Shown: positions 9,908 to 20,337 of the stretch, piece by piece | How the letters are laid out: each line of letters begins with the position of its first letter | How positions within the stretch are numbered: the first letter of the stretch is position 1 | NCBI GenBank assembly: GCA_016930175.1 | Contig: JAFGHJ010000013.1 | Span: 164,745 to 228,744 of the forward strand | Origin: a candidate division WOR-3 bacterium | GTDB taxonomy: Bacteria > Hydrothermota > UBA3072 | Length of the DNA: 64,000 nt | Direction of reading: 5' to 3' | Position numbers and translations under genes: made by a program | Notes under the pieces: model-generated | Database searches by the model: none | Told to the model about the DNA's origin: nothing | Seen by the model: only the letters and a program-made list of their open reading frames with translations

Positions 9908-11146
9908 TTGGGAGAAGAAAATGAAGTTGTAGTAGGGTTAGATCTTGGTACAACAAAAATTGCTTCTGTTATTGCCGAAGTTGAAGAAGGAAAGGTTAAT
10001 ATTATAGGTGTGGGCAAATATCCTTCTGAGGGTTTGCGCAAAGGAATTGTTATAAACATAGATAAGACTGTTCAATCCATACTTAAGGCGATGAGGGAAG
10101 CGGAGATGATGGCCGGAAAGGAAGCCGGCGGTGTATTTACGGGAATTGCGGGGGATCACATACGAAATATTCAGGGAAAAGGAGTCGTGGCGGTTACGGG
10201 ACCGGATAATGAGATTACCCGGGAAGATGTACAAAGAGTCTTAGAAGGTGCTAAATCAATGGCTCTGCCGGTAGACAGGGAAGTGATTCATATTATACCT
10301 ACGGATTATATGTTAGATGGTCAGGGTGGCATTGACGATCCTGTAGGGATGTTTGCCCAGAGATTGGAAGCGAGTGTTGTGATTGTAACCGGAGCTGTTA
10401 CATCCGCTAAGAATATTTGCAAATGTGTTAATAAAGCTGGTTATGAAGTTAACGATATTGTGCTTCAGCCGCTTGCATCTTCATACGCTGTTTTATCCGG
10501 TGAGGAAAAAGAAGCCGGGGCTGTTCTGATGGATATAGGAGGAGGTACTACCGATATAGCGGTTTTTTACAACGGTAGTTTAAGAAAAACATCTGTGATT
10601 GGTTTAGGTGGAGAAAATCTTACGAATGACATAGGAATAGGACTCCGATGTTCTTATACTGAAGGAGAAAGAGTAAAAATAGAATTCGGGACAGTCAAGG
10701 AGCTTCCCGAAGATAAGAGAAAAGAAATGATTTCGGTGAAAGGTATATCAGGCTCAAGAGATAAACAGGTAACGCTTGATTTATTGCAGCAAATTGTAAG
10801 ACCTCGAGTGGAAGAAATATTGACGTTGGCTCACAGAGAGCTCAGTGGGGATCCTTTGTACGAAATGCTTTCTGCAGGTGTGGTACTGACCGGCGGTACA
10901 GCTAAACTGGAAGGGATTACAGAGTTAGCAGAGGACATATTCGGTTTGCCTGTTAGAGTAGGTGTCCCTTCCGAAGATGTAGTGGGCTTACGTGACGCGG
11001 TTTCCGACCCGTCATTTGCCACATCGGTTGGACTTATAAAATATGGGGCGGAAAGTTCAGGTGAAAGTCTGAGAAAAATCCATGGAAAGAGTATGTTTGA
11101 TTCCGTTTTAAAAAGAATGAATCAGTGGTTTGAAGAGTTTTTTTAA
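9908..11146 (+). CDS. ftsA: cell division protein FtsA
   Basis: Actin-like ATPase with phosphate-1 motif VVGLDLGTTKI. Sits immediately upstream of ftsZ. Confidence 0.9.
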   Translation: MGEENEVVVGLDLGTTKIASVIAEVEEGKVNIIGVGKYPSEGLRKGIVINIDKTVQSILKAMREAEMMAGKEAGGVFTGIAGDHIRNIQGKGVVAVTGPDNEITREDVQRVLEGAKSMALPVDREVIHIIPTDYMLDGQGGIDDPVGMFAQRLEASVVIVTGAVTSAKNICKCVNKAGYEVNDIVLQPLASSYAVLSGEEKEAGAVLMDIGGGTTDIAVFYNGSLRKTSVIGLGGENLTNDIGIGLRCSYTEGERVKIEFGTVKELPEDKRKEMISVKGISGSRDKQVTLDLLQQIVRPRVEEILTLAHRELSGDPLYEMLSAGVVLTGGTAKLEGITELAEDIFGLPVRVGVPSEDVVGLRDAVSDPSFATSVGLIKYGAESSGESLRKIHGKSMFDSVLKRMNQWFEEFF

Positions 11147-11158
11147 AAAGGAGGCTTA

Positions 11159-12307
11159 ATGTTTAAATCGAAAGGTAAAACTAATAGTCCGGCTAAGATT
11201 AGAGTTGTCGGGGTAGGAGGGTGTGGCGGAAATGCCGTAACCACGATGGTAGAATCGGGTATGTCGGGTGTCGATTTCTGGGCGGTAAATACCGATGTGC
11301 AGGATATTAATTTAGTTCCAACCAGCGATAAGATTCAAATTGGCAAAGAATTAACAAGGGGCAGAGGTACAGGAGGAGATCCGGAACTCGGAAGAAAAGC
11401 GGCGGAAGAAAGTGTTGAAGATTTGAAGGTTCTGACCGAGGATATCGATATGTTATTTATTACCGCCGGAATGGGAGGCGGAACAGGTACCGGTGCCGCT
11501 CCTGTTATTGCTTCTCTTGCCAAGGAAAAAGGCGTTCTGACTGTTGGGGTTGTTACCACACCCTTCTATTATGAGTCAAGTCGCATAAAAAAGGCTAAAA
11601 GGGGTATAAAGGCTCTTTCCCCGGTTGTTGATACGCTGCTTGTCGTACCAAATGATAGATTGATGAGTATGGGAAATATGTCTCTCGCGAAAGCTTTGAG
11701 TGAAGTTTCAATGGATGTTTTGATGAAGGCAGTTAGAAGTATCAGCGGACTCCTGCTTAAAGATGCTTATTGGAGTCTGGATTTTGCGGATGTTAAGACT
11801 GTAATGTCCAAGAGAGGTAAAGCTCTGATGGGTATGGGAAGAGCATCGGGAGAGAATAAGGCTCTGGAGGCTGCTCAGGGAGCTATCAATTCACCTCTGC
11901 TTGAGGATACGGATATATCTCAGTCAAAAGCGGCTCTCGTTAATTTTACTGTCGATAAGGAAGATTTCACTTTGAAAGAAATGAAAGAGGCTATGGAGGT
12001 TATAAGGGAAGCCGTCGGTGCAACGGATGACGAGGATAGCGACATATTTATGGGGGTTGTTTTTGAAGAGAACCGAACTGAGGCGGAAATCACATTGATT
12101 GCTACAGGTATAGGAGAGCCGGAGAAGGATGAGATCGATAAAATCGATTTTAGAGGAATCACAACCGCAAGAGACTTCGATGGAATAAGCGAATTGAATA
12201 AATTAAAGGAAAATCTGGAGATATTTGATAGTCCAGCATTTATAAGAGATAAGAAGATTGTAGATGATCTTGACGTGCCTACTTTTTTAAGAAAACAAAT
12301 GGACTAG
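11159..12307 (+). CDS. ftsZ: cell division GTPase FtsZ
   Basis: Tubulin signature GGGTGTGAAPV. N-terminal VGVGGCGGNAV. Confidence 0.95.
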   Translation: MFKSKGKTNSPAKIRVVGVGGCGGNAVTTMVESGMSGVDFWAVNTDVQDINLVPTSDKIQIGKELTRGRGTGGDPELGRKAAEESVEDLKVLTEDIDMLFITAGMGGGTGTGAAPVIASLAKEKGVLTVGVVTTPFYYESSRIKKAKRGIKALSPVVDTLLVVPNDRLMSMGNMSLAKALSEVSMDVLMKAVRSISGLLLKDAYWSLDFADVKTVMSKRGKALMGMGRASGENKALEAAQGAINSPLLEDTDISQSKAALVNFTVDKEDFTLKEMKEAMEVIREAVGATDDEDSDIFMGVVFEENRTEAEITLIATGIGEPEKDEIDKIDFRGITTARDFDGISELNKLKENLEIFDSPAFIRDKKIVDDLDVPTFLRKQMD

Positions 12308-12439
12308 GTTTCGGGGATTTTAGAGTACTAAAGTGGGAAATGGCTTTTTTGCTAAAAGCAGTATCTGCCACTTTTGAACCTTTAGAATGTAAAAATTAAA
12401 TATTAAAATGGAAAATGGATTTAAGAAAAAGATTAACTA

Positions 12440-12574
12440 CAGAGAACACAGAGAAATAATTATGTTAAAAAAGAAAAAAACACCGAGAGCACAGAGAGAA
12501 AAAGAAAATAAAAACTCTGTGTGCTCTGTGTTAAAGAAAACTGGGGTGTAGAGGGAAGGGCTCTGTGTTTTTTT
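12440..12574. repeat. word-repeat intergenic element (both arms): cacagag words then ctctgtg words plus a G-rich block, forming a long imperfect inverted repeat followed by a T7 run
   Basis: cagagaacacagag (12440-12454), caccgagagcacagagag (12481-12498), ctctgtgtgctctgtg (12515-12530), ggggtgtagagggaaggg then ctctgtg ttttttt (12561-12574). Arms are reverse complements of each other. Confidence 0.7.
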
Positions 12575-12628
12575 ATTCATTTTGCTTTTTAAATTTTGAT
12601 ATTTTATTTCCTTGGGATATCAAATTAA

Positions 12629-14647
<2,019 letters not shown>

Positions 14648-14648
14648 A

Positions 14649-15441
14649 TTAGCCACGAAGACACTAAGGCACAAAGAGAAAACAATTTATTTAACCACGA
14701 AACAAACGAAATACACTAAATTTTTTGTAATAAGAACTCAACCCATAACCCTGAATTAGCCACGGATTCACACGGATAAACACTGATTTTCATTATTGTT
14801 TTTTGACTCATGGCTCACGACACACGACTCATGACGCAGTTATTCACAGAGAGCACAGAGAAAAAAACATTTTTTGTTGTTTAAAACCCCTCCCCACAAA
14901 CCCAAATTATTCTCACACAAAGACACTAAGCACACAAAGCCCCAACGCACCCCGATTCTTTTTGTTTTTACCCTAAACTCAAAACCCGAAACTTTGTTGA
15001 GCCACAGAGGACACAGAGGAACAAGAACACACAGAGAGCACAGAGCCCACCACACAGACCCATTTATTTTTTGTTTAACCCCACCCCACAGCTCCTAATT
15101 AGCCACGGATTTACACGGATAATCACTGTTATTTTTGTTTTATTTTTGCCGTAAGCCGTGGGCAGTAACCTGAGAGCTGAGTTTAACCACAGAGAGCACC
15201 GAAAAACAACAAAGAGTTTTTATTGTTTATACCCTACCCCTCACAAAAAAAAAGAGGAACAACAAATTGCACAAATAGCACGAATGGATTTTTTGTTTTT
15301 CCCTACTCAACCACACAACTATTTGACGACTCAACTTAGATTCGAAGAATCTACGGTAATTGCCACGGAGGACACAAAGTTTTTTTATTTTTTTTATCAG
15401 AAAGCTGATTTCTTAATATACCGTGTTGGCGGTAATTAACA
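14649..15441. repeat. 793-bp non-coding block densely packed with CA-rich word-repeat elements
   Basis: Starts 2 nt after the ligA stop with TTAGCCACGAAGACACTAAGGCACAAAG. Contains two near-identical about 50-nt copies (14756-14810 and 15099-15148: ttagccacggatt[c/t]acacggataa[a/t]cactg...). Also cacagagagcacagag, ccacagaggacacagag, attctcacacaaagacactaagcacacaaag, C-rich blocks cccctcccc and ccccacccc, and gccgtaagccgtgggcagtaacc. The ORFs called here in the six-frame track are low-complexity His/Thr/Pro-rich artefacts. Confidence 0.8.
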
Positions 15442-16272
15442 TTACTTTATAATAGGCAATTTTATTATTCCATCCTCGACGGAAACATACAGGCTTTTCT
15501 CGTCGAATCCTTTGCCTCCGACAGCTACACCGATTGAAGTCTTCAGCGGTTTTCCGGAGAGATATTTAATGTTCCCGCCGGTATCGATTTTTATTACGTT
15601 ATCGATTGTGCTTGCATATATATTGTTGTTATTGTCCCTGCACAAATAAAACATTTTGGTATTATCGATAAGTACCTCAGGTTTTTCAGAAGTACTATTG
15701 GAGTCTATTTTGAATTTTATTATTCTATTTCCTTCTCTTGCATACAAATTCTCATTATTGTTGTCGATGACTATACTCGTAAGAACAAACGGACCGGTAG
15801 TATCGCTTTTGAAAAAAATATTCTTTTTGCCTTCCGGAGCAATTTTATAAATGACACCTTTTAAATCATCTGCAACATAAATATTTCCGTTGCTATCCAT
15901 CTTCACATCGAAACATAATGAAAATCCGTCTGCAATTGTCTCGGTGTTACCGTCCGGAGAGACTTTCAGAAGTTTATTTCCTACTGTTATAAATATACCG
16001 TTGTTATCGGCGATATAAATTCCAGGACCCATAAAACTTCCTTCAAGAACGGTTATATCAGTAATTTTGCCATCCGGTGTAACTTTCGATAGTGTTCCAT
16101 TACCTGTTGGGGGAGCGGTTATCATATACAGTAAGCCCTTATTGTCAAATGCAATACCGTATGGTCTATTACCCGAAACTTTTAGAAAATAATCCGGTTC
16201 ATCGGAATTAGTAGATGCGCAACTAAATATCAATAAAATAAAAACTATAAAAAAGTTTTTAAATGATTTCAT
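15442..16272 (-). CDS. lipoprotein with NHL/SMP-30-like beta-propeller repeats
   Basis: Signal peptide with a lipobox (LLIFSCAS). Repeated ...NG.IYVAD.../...IYKI... blades typical of NHL-repeat beta-propellers. Confidence 0.6.
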   Translation of the reverse strand: MKSFKNFFIVFILLIFSCASTNSDEPDYFLKVSGNRPYGIAFDNKGLLYMITAPPTGNGTLSKVTPDGKITDITVLEGSFMGPGIYIADNNGIFITVGNKLLKVSPDGNTETIADGFSLCFDVKMDSNGNIYVADDLKGVIYKIAPEGKKNIFFKSDTTGPFVLTSIVIDNNNENLYAREGNRIIKFKIDSNSTSEKPEVLIDNTKMFYLCRDNNNNIYASTIDNVIKIDTGGNIKYLSGKPLKTSIGVAVGGKGFDEKSLYVSVEDGIIKLPIIK

Positions 16273-16282
16273 AATTATATTA

Positions 16283-16981
16283 TTAACTCTCAGTTTTACT
16301 TAATTTAAATAATCGAAATCCAACTAATGGAAACCATAATAAATAAAAAGTACCTGCTATAACCATTATTATAGTACTGAGTTTTGGCAATATAAATACA
16401 ATTAATATATGTATTAAGTCCAGCCCAAAAATCAGAACACCTATATATCCGGTTATTTTATTAAAAACTTTACCCCTTATCATTGAAATCGAAAAAAGAA
16501 CTCCGCCTGTTTGTAATAATATACCTCCGATAAAGGCACTTGTTCCATGCCACATATCCTTTGATAGTACCGCTTCTCCTGCTGCTATGATTCGACTTTT
16601 CTCAATTTCACTGATAGCTAATATATATTTATCACTCAAACTTAAATATGAAAATATTGATGTTGCCGAAAGAAACAAAGTCAATCCAGAATAAACCATA
16701 ATCAACGAAAACAAATCCAATTCCTGCTTCTCCTTTTTTATTGCCAGATATATACTGTAAAAAAGCAGATAATATAATGGCATTACAAATACTGTTAATA
16801 TATCAAGTCGTAAGAGTCCATTTAATCGACTCTCATTAAGCATTATATAATATCCCTCGATTGTTGAAGGCGGCGGGCCTAGAGAAAAAACGATAAACAT
16901 TGTGGCAATGCAATATGCTAAAAAAATCATGCATGTTAGTCCACCAAACCAGAAAAAATAATTTCGTGCTGTTCTAATCAT
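16283..16981 (-). CDS. polytopic integral membrane protein, function unknown
   Basis: About 6 predicted hydrophobic helices. No recognisable catalytic motif. Confidence 0.5.
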   Translation of the reverse strand: MIRTARNYFFWFGGLTCMIFLAYCIATMFIVFSLGPPPSTIEGYYIMLNESRLNGLLRLDILTVFVMPLYYLLFYSIYLAIKKEKQELDLFSLIMVYSGLTLFLSATSIFSYLSLSDKYILAISEIEKSRIIAAGEAVLSKDMWHGTSAFIGGILLQTGGVLFSISMIRGKVFNKITGYIGVLIFGLDLIHILIVFILPKLSTIIMVIAGTFYLLWFPLVGFRLFKLSKTES

Positions 16982-17110
16982 AGTCTAACTATTTTTTAAA
17001 TCTTTTTCTCTTATAATTATACTAATCATTGCATTCATAAAATTATTATAATTATTTTACCTAAACAGTCAAGAATAGGAATAATAAATGATACGAAGAG
17101 TACGAATAAT

Positions 17111-17152
17111 TTATATTTTTGCTTCTAAATCATTTAATATCTTCTTAATCAT
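17111..17152 (-). pseudogene. 13-codon remnant of a HEPN (HepT-like) toxin gene, translationally coupled to the MNT gene
   Basis: An ATG overlaps the MNT stop (ATGA) and encodes MIKKILNDLEAKI then TAA. It resembles the N-termini of HepT/DUF86 toxins. No Rx4-6H motif follows in any frame before the next gene. Confidence 0.35.
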
Positions 17153-17439
17153 AAGTAAATAGCTTCCTTTAAAACGGTGTTTTTAATTTCTTCTCTGATT
17201 GTATCGACTGGGACAATATCTACTTTTAAGTTGAGTTCACTCTCTACATAATCTGCTAGTCCAACAAAATCAAAGAGAGTTGCTCCCTCGAAAAATTCTA
17301 CAAGAATATCGACGTCACTATTCTCTTTTTGTTCCCCTCTCACATAAGAGCCAAAAATTCCTTTGATTTCTGCTTTATACCTTTGTTTTATTTCGTCCTT
17401 CAGTTCTTGTAAAATCTTTATAATTTCCTGTTTAACCAT
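17149..17439 (-). CDS. minimal nucleotidyltransferase (MNT/MntA-type antitoxin)
   Basis: Pol-beta-type nucleotidyltransferase signature GIFGSYVRGEQKENSDVDILVEF. 96 aa. AAGGA ribosome-binding site upstream. Confidence 0.85.
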   Translation of the reverse strand: MVKQEIIKILQELKDEIKQRYKAEIKGIFGSYVRGEQKENSDVDILVEFFEGATLFDFVGLADYVESELNLKVDIVPVDTIREEIKNTVLKEAIYL

Positions 17440-17652
17440 CTTTATTCCTTCTGATATTATTATGTTAAACTATAAACAAAATTTGCCGGAAAGTCAAGAG
17501 ATAATGGGAAGATAGACAAAGGTGTAATGCTTATTTTAACTAAGGAAACTTCCACTGACTTAAAATGGATTGATTTTATAAATTTCCTCCTGATTAAATA
17601 CATGATAATTATTATTGATTATTTCACTTATACTGTCAAGTTTAGAGGATAT

Positions 17653-17689
17653 AAAAAAACCACAAAAACGGGATGTTTTTGTGGTTTTT
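17653..17689. terminator. bidirectional rho-independent terminator
   Basis: A-run, then stem ccacaaaaac (17660-17669), loop gggat, stem gtttttgtgg (17675-17684), then T-run. Lies downstream of the minus-strand gene 17722-18090. Confidence 0.75.
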
Positions 17690-17721
17690 GTAGATTCGAA
17701 TGAATCTAAAGTGGAATTATG

Positions 17722-18090
17722 TTATCCTTTATATTTGGCGCCCCCGAATGCAAGTATCGGATAGAATATTATCGGTATGATTATCATTCCGATTGCGAAA
17801 CCGACACTCTGGCCGAATTTTTTCGCCAGCTCAACTGTTACTATGATAGATATTACGATGTTAACAAATGGAATCAACATAAGTATTATCCACCATAAAG
17901 GTTTATCTACTATTTCCAGTAAGACTATTAAGTTGTAGATGGGTATTATTGCTGCCCAGCCGGGTTTTCCTGCTTTGGTGTAAATTTTCCACATCGAGAT
18001 GAGCATCAAGAGTCCGATTATTAAATAAATTATTATTATACCTGTAGCCATTCCTGCTGCTGGCCCTACGGGATAATCACCATAATCCAT
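17722..18090 (-). CDS. small integral membrane protein (3-4 TM), possibly DUF5684-like, function unknown
   Basis: The start is reset to ATG 18090, which is preceded by AAGGAGG. The upstream minus-strand promoter TTGACA (18147-18152) -17 nt- TATATA (18124-18129) supports this start. The longer ORF-track start at 18201 would lie upstream of that promoter. Sequence MDYGDYPVGPAAGMATGIII...GKPGWAAIIPIYNLIVLLEIV. Confidence 0.65.
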   Translation of the reverse strand: MDYGDYPVGPAAGMATGIIIIYLIIGLLMLISMWKIYTKAGKPGWAAIIPIYNLIVLLEIVDKPLWWIILMLIPFVNIVISIIVTVELAKKFGQSVGFAIGMIIIPIIFYPILAFGGAKYKG

Positions 18091-18123
18091 AAATACACCT
18101 CCTTTTTTAATTGTTTCATATAC

Positions 18124-18152
18124 TATATAAGAGATTTTTGCTATAATGTCAA
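18124..18152 (-). promoter_or_regulatory. sigma70-type promoter TTGACA-17-TATATA for the small membrane protein gene
   Basis: Read directly on the minus strand. The spacing is exactly 17 nt. The ribosome-binding site and ATG lie about 30 nt downstream. Confidence 0.65.
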
Positions 18153-18175
18153 TACAAAAAATTTTTTTGTACCTT

Positions 18176-18380
18176 TTTGCCACGAAGGCACTAAGACACA
18201 AAGCCCCACCCGTAACTTACTTTTTTGTTTTTTTTAACCCGAAACTCGAAACACGAAACCCAAAACTTTGTTGAACAATAGAGGTCGCAGAGATTTTATT
18301 GTTTTAACTTTCTAACTTCTCAACCTCCTAACAATTTTTTTTATTTTTAAGCTGTTAGCAGTAAGCCGTAAGCCGATAGC
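18176..18380. repeat. word-repeat intergenic element (CA-rich orientation)
   Basis: tttgccacgaaggcactaagacacaaagccccacccgtaac, cccgaaactcgaaacacgaaacccaaaac, gaggtcgcagag, ctttctaacttctcaacctcctaac, gctgttagcagtaagccgtaagccgatagc. Confidence 0.75.
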
Positions 18381-18463
18381 ATTTTTTCGGTCTTGACATA
18401 TATTCTCTTTGTTTTTATTCTTTCACGGGAATTTGATATTATTATGAAATTGGAGTTTTTTGA

Positions 18464-19486
18464 ATGAATATAAAAGATGTTATTATTTGCGGAGCGGGAC
18501 CTGCCGGGTCTTCGCTTGCGTATTTCCTGTCAAGAGAGGGATTTGATGTTTTACTTCTTGATAAAGCTAAATTTCCGAGAGCCAAACCCTGTGCAGGCGC
18601 TTTTCAGATTTCCCTGGGTGATTTTTTTCCTTTTTCGCTGGAAGATGTAGCTGAAGATAAAATTTCAGGTTTCTCTTTTCGGAAAAATAGGAATTCCTGT
18701 GATGTATTATTAGATGTGCCGATTTCGTATGTGGTGGACAGGAAGAAATTCGATGATTTTTTATTAAGAAAAGCTATAGAGAGTGGTGTAGAATTTATAG
18801 AGGAATGCAAAGTTCTTAAGGTCGAAGAAGGAATAGTTTACTCGGCGTCGAATAAATTCAGGGGTAAAATAGTAGTAGGTGCCGAGGGTGTGAGTAGTGT
18901 GGTGAGAAGATTTGGCAGGTATAGAAAGTTTAAAAACATGATCAAAACGATTTGCGCCGATATTCCTATCTCTTTTGAAAAAAAATTTGTTTTTGATTTT
19001 TCTTATACGGAAGGTGGCTATGCCTGGATTTTTCCAAAGGGAGATAAAACAAATGTTGGTTTTGGGACTTTGCCAGGTGATTTTAAAGATGGGGAAATTA
19101 TATTATCTAAGATTTTAGAAGATTATGAATTTCCTGAACCGCTAAATGTTTATAAATGGACTTATCCTTTATTTACTTCTCCGGAATTATTGGTATGGAG
19201 GAATACACTTTTAATAGGGGATGCTGCTTCTCTGGTAAATCCGGCAAGCGGAGGAGGAATTTACAACGCGGTACAGTCTGCTAATCTGGCTTCCAAGGCT
19301 ATTAATTTATGTTTAAGGGAGGGTAAGACTCTTAAGATATATCAAGATTTGGTTAAGAAACATATATATCCAATGTTTTATTATTCTAAAATTTTCAATC
19401 TGATATTGGAAAACGTTCCTTCTCCTATTCTATTCCTGCGATTGATAAAACCATTTCTTGCGTATTTGGCAAAAAATTTGTCGTAA
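18464..19486 (+). CDS. FAD-dependent oxidoreductase, geranylgeranyl reductase family
   Basis: Dinucleotide-binding motif IICGAGPAGSSLAYFL at the N-terminus. About 340 aa with a GDAA motif region (IGDAASLVNPASGGGI). Confidence 0.6.
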   Translation: MNIKDVIICGAGPAGSSLAYFLSREGFDVLLLDKAKFPRAKPCAGAFQISLGDFFPFSLEDVAEDKISGFSFRKNRNSCDVLLDVPISYVVDRKKFDDFLLRKAIESGVEFIEECKVLKVEEGIVYSASNKFRGKIVVGAEGVSSVVRRFGRYRKFKNMIKTICADIPISFEKKFVFDFSYTEGGYAWIFPKGDKTNVGFGTLPGDFKDGEIILSKILEDYEFPEPLNVYKWTYPLFTSPELLVWRNTLLIGDAASLVNPASGGGIYNAVQSANLASKAINLCLREGKTLKIYQDLVKKHIYPMFYYSKIFNLILENVPSPILFLRLIKPFLAYLAKNLS

Positions 19487-19494
19487 ACTAAAAT

Positions 19495-19650
19495 TCACAA
19501 CAGAGAACACAGAGTTAAAACAAACACACAGAGAAAAGAAAAATTTTTGTTGTTTAAAACCGGACCCCCCAGCCCAAAATATTCTCACACAAAGCCACAA
19601 AGAACACAAAGGAAAAAATTTAGTTTTTTAGTAGAACCCTCCCCATCCCC
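19495..19650. repeat. word-repeat intergenic element (CA-rich orientation) ending in a C-rich block that abuts a -35 box
   Basis: cacaacagagaacacagag, cacacagagaaaag, ggaccccccagccc, atattctcacacaaagccacaaagaacacaaagg, ccctccccatcccca. Confidence 0.75.
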
Positions 19651-19651
19651 A

Positions 19652-19680
19652 TTGACATGACTGTTTTTAATGCCAATATT
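19652..19680 (+). promoter_or_regulatory. promoter TTGACA-17-AATATT upstream of the HEPN-like gene
   Basis: TTGACA at 19652-19657, a 17-nt spacer, then AATATT. AGGAGG ribosome-binding site 7 nt before ATG 19708. Confidence 0.5.
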
Positions 19681-19707
19681 AGTATATAAATACAGGAGGC
19701 TTTATTT

Positions 19708-20223
19708 ATGGCAAAATCAAAAAAAAGAAAATTTGACGATATATCAATTATGGATTATCAAAGACTTGCGGATGCATTTATTGAAGAAACTGACAGGGGG
19801 GCAGCTATTCTCGCTGCCAGCTATGCAGAAGATTATCTTGGTAAATACTTAACATCTTTTATGGTTGATGACCCTAAAATTGACGAGCTGTTTGAAAGTT
19901 TTGGTCCGTACAAAACATTTTCACAAAGAATTAAAGCAGCGTATGCCTTTGGCCTTATTGATATAAATAAAAAGAACGATCTCCAAATTATTAAAGATAT
20001 TCGGAATAATTTTGCGCATAATTTTCGAATAAAGACATTTGAGAATCCGAAAGTTAATTCTCTCTTTGATAGATTAACAATAGCAAAATTCAAAGGAATG
20101 AGAGATGTTGATAGTAAGTATATGAAACTTAATCTTAGAGGTCAATATATAATGACAGTAGCAAGGTTTGTTTTAGACGCACATAACGATATGTTAAAAA
20201 GGAAAGAAAGTAAAAAGAGATAG
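19708..20223 (+). CDS. MtlR/YggD-like HEPN domain protein
   Basis: N-terminal ETDRGAAILAASYAEDYLGKYL and IKAAYAFGLI resemble mannitol-repressor MtlR-family HEPN proteins. An intact Rx4HN motif is present (IRNNFAHN), as in catalytically competent HEPN RNases. Confidence 0.55.
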   Translation: MAKSKKRKFDDISIMDYQRLADAFIEETDRGAAILAASYAEDYLGKYLTSFMVDDPKIDELFESFGPYKTFSQRIKAAYAFGLIDINKKNDLQIIKDIRNNFAHNFRIKTFENPKVNSLFDRLTIAKFKGMRDVDSKYMKLNLRGQYIMTVARFVLDAHNDMLKRKESKKR

Positions 20224-20337
20224 AAATTTCGCAATTATTAATGCACAGTAAAAATAGTTTTCTAAATTTAGACCAGCTTTTCACTTTACTTATATGGTAT
20301 TAATATATTTATTTACAATAACTTAAATCTATTTAAC

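Noticed and set aside
9373-10059. 228-aa antisense ORF spanning ftsQ and the ftsA start
   Set aside because: It is antisense to two well-supported dcw genes. Its composition is Ser/Ile-rich low complexity.
14840-15439. Three predicted ORFs (14840-15055 minus, 14874-15098 plus, 15158-15439 plus) in the region downstream of ligA
   Set aside because: They translate to low-complexity His/Thr/Pro/Lys strings generated by the CA-rich repeats. They lack ribosome-binding sites and lie entirely within repeat sequence.
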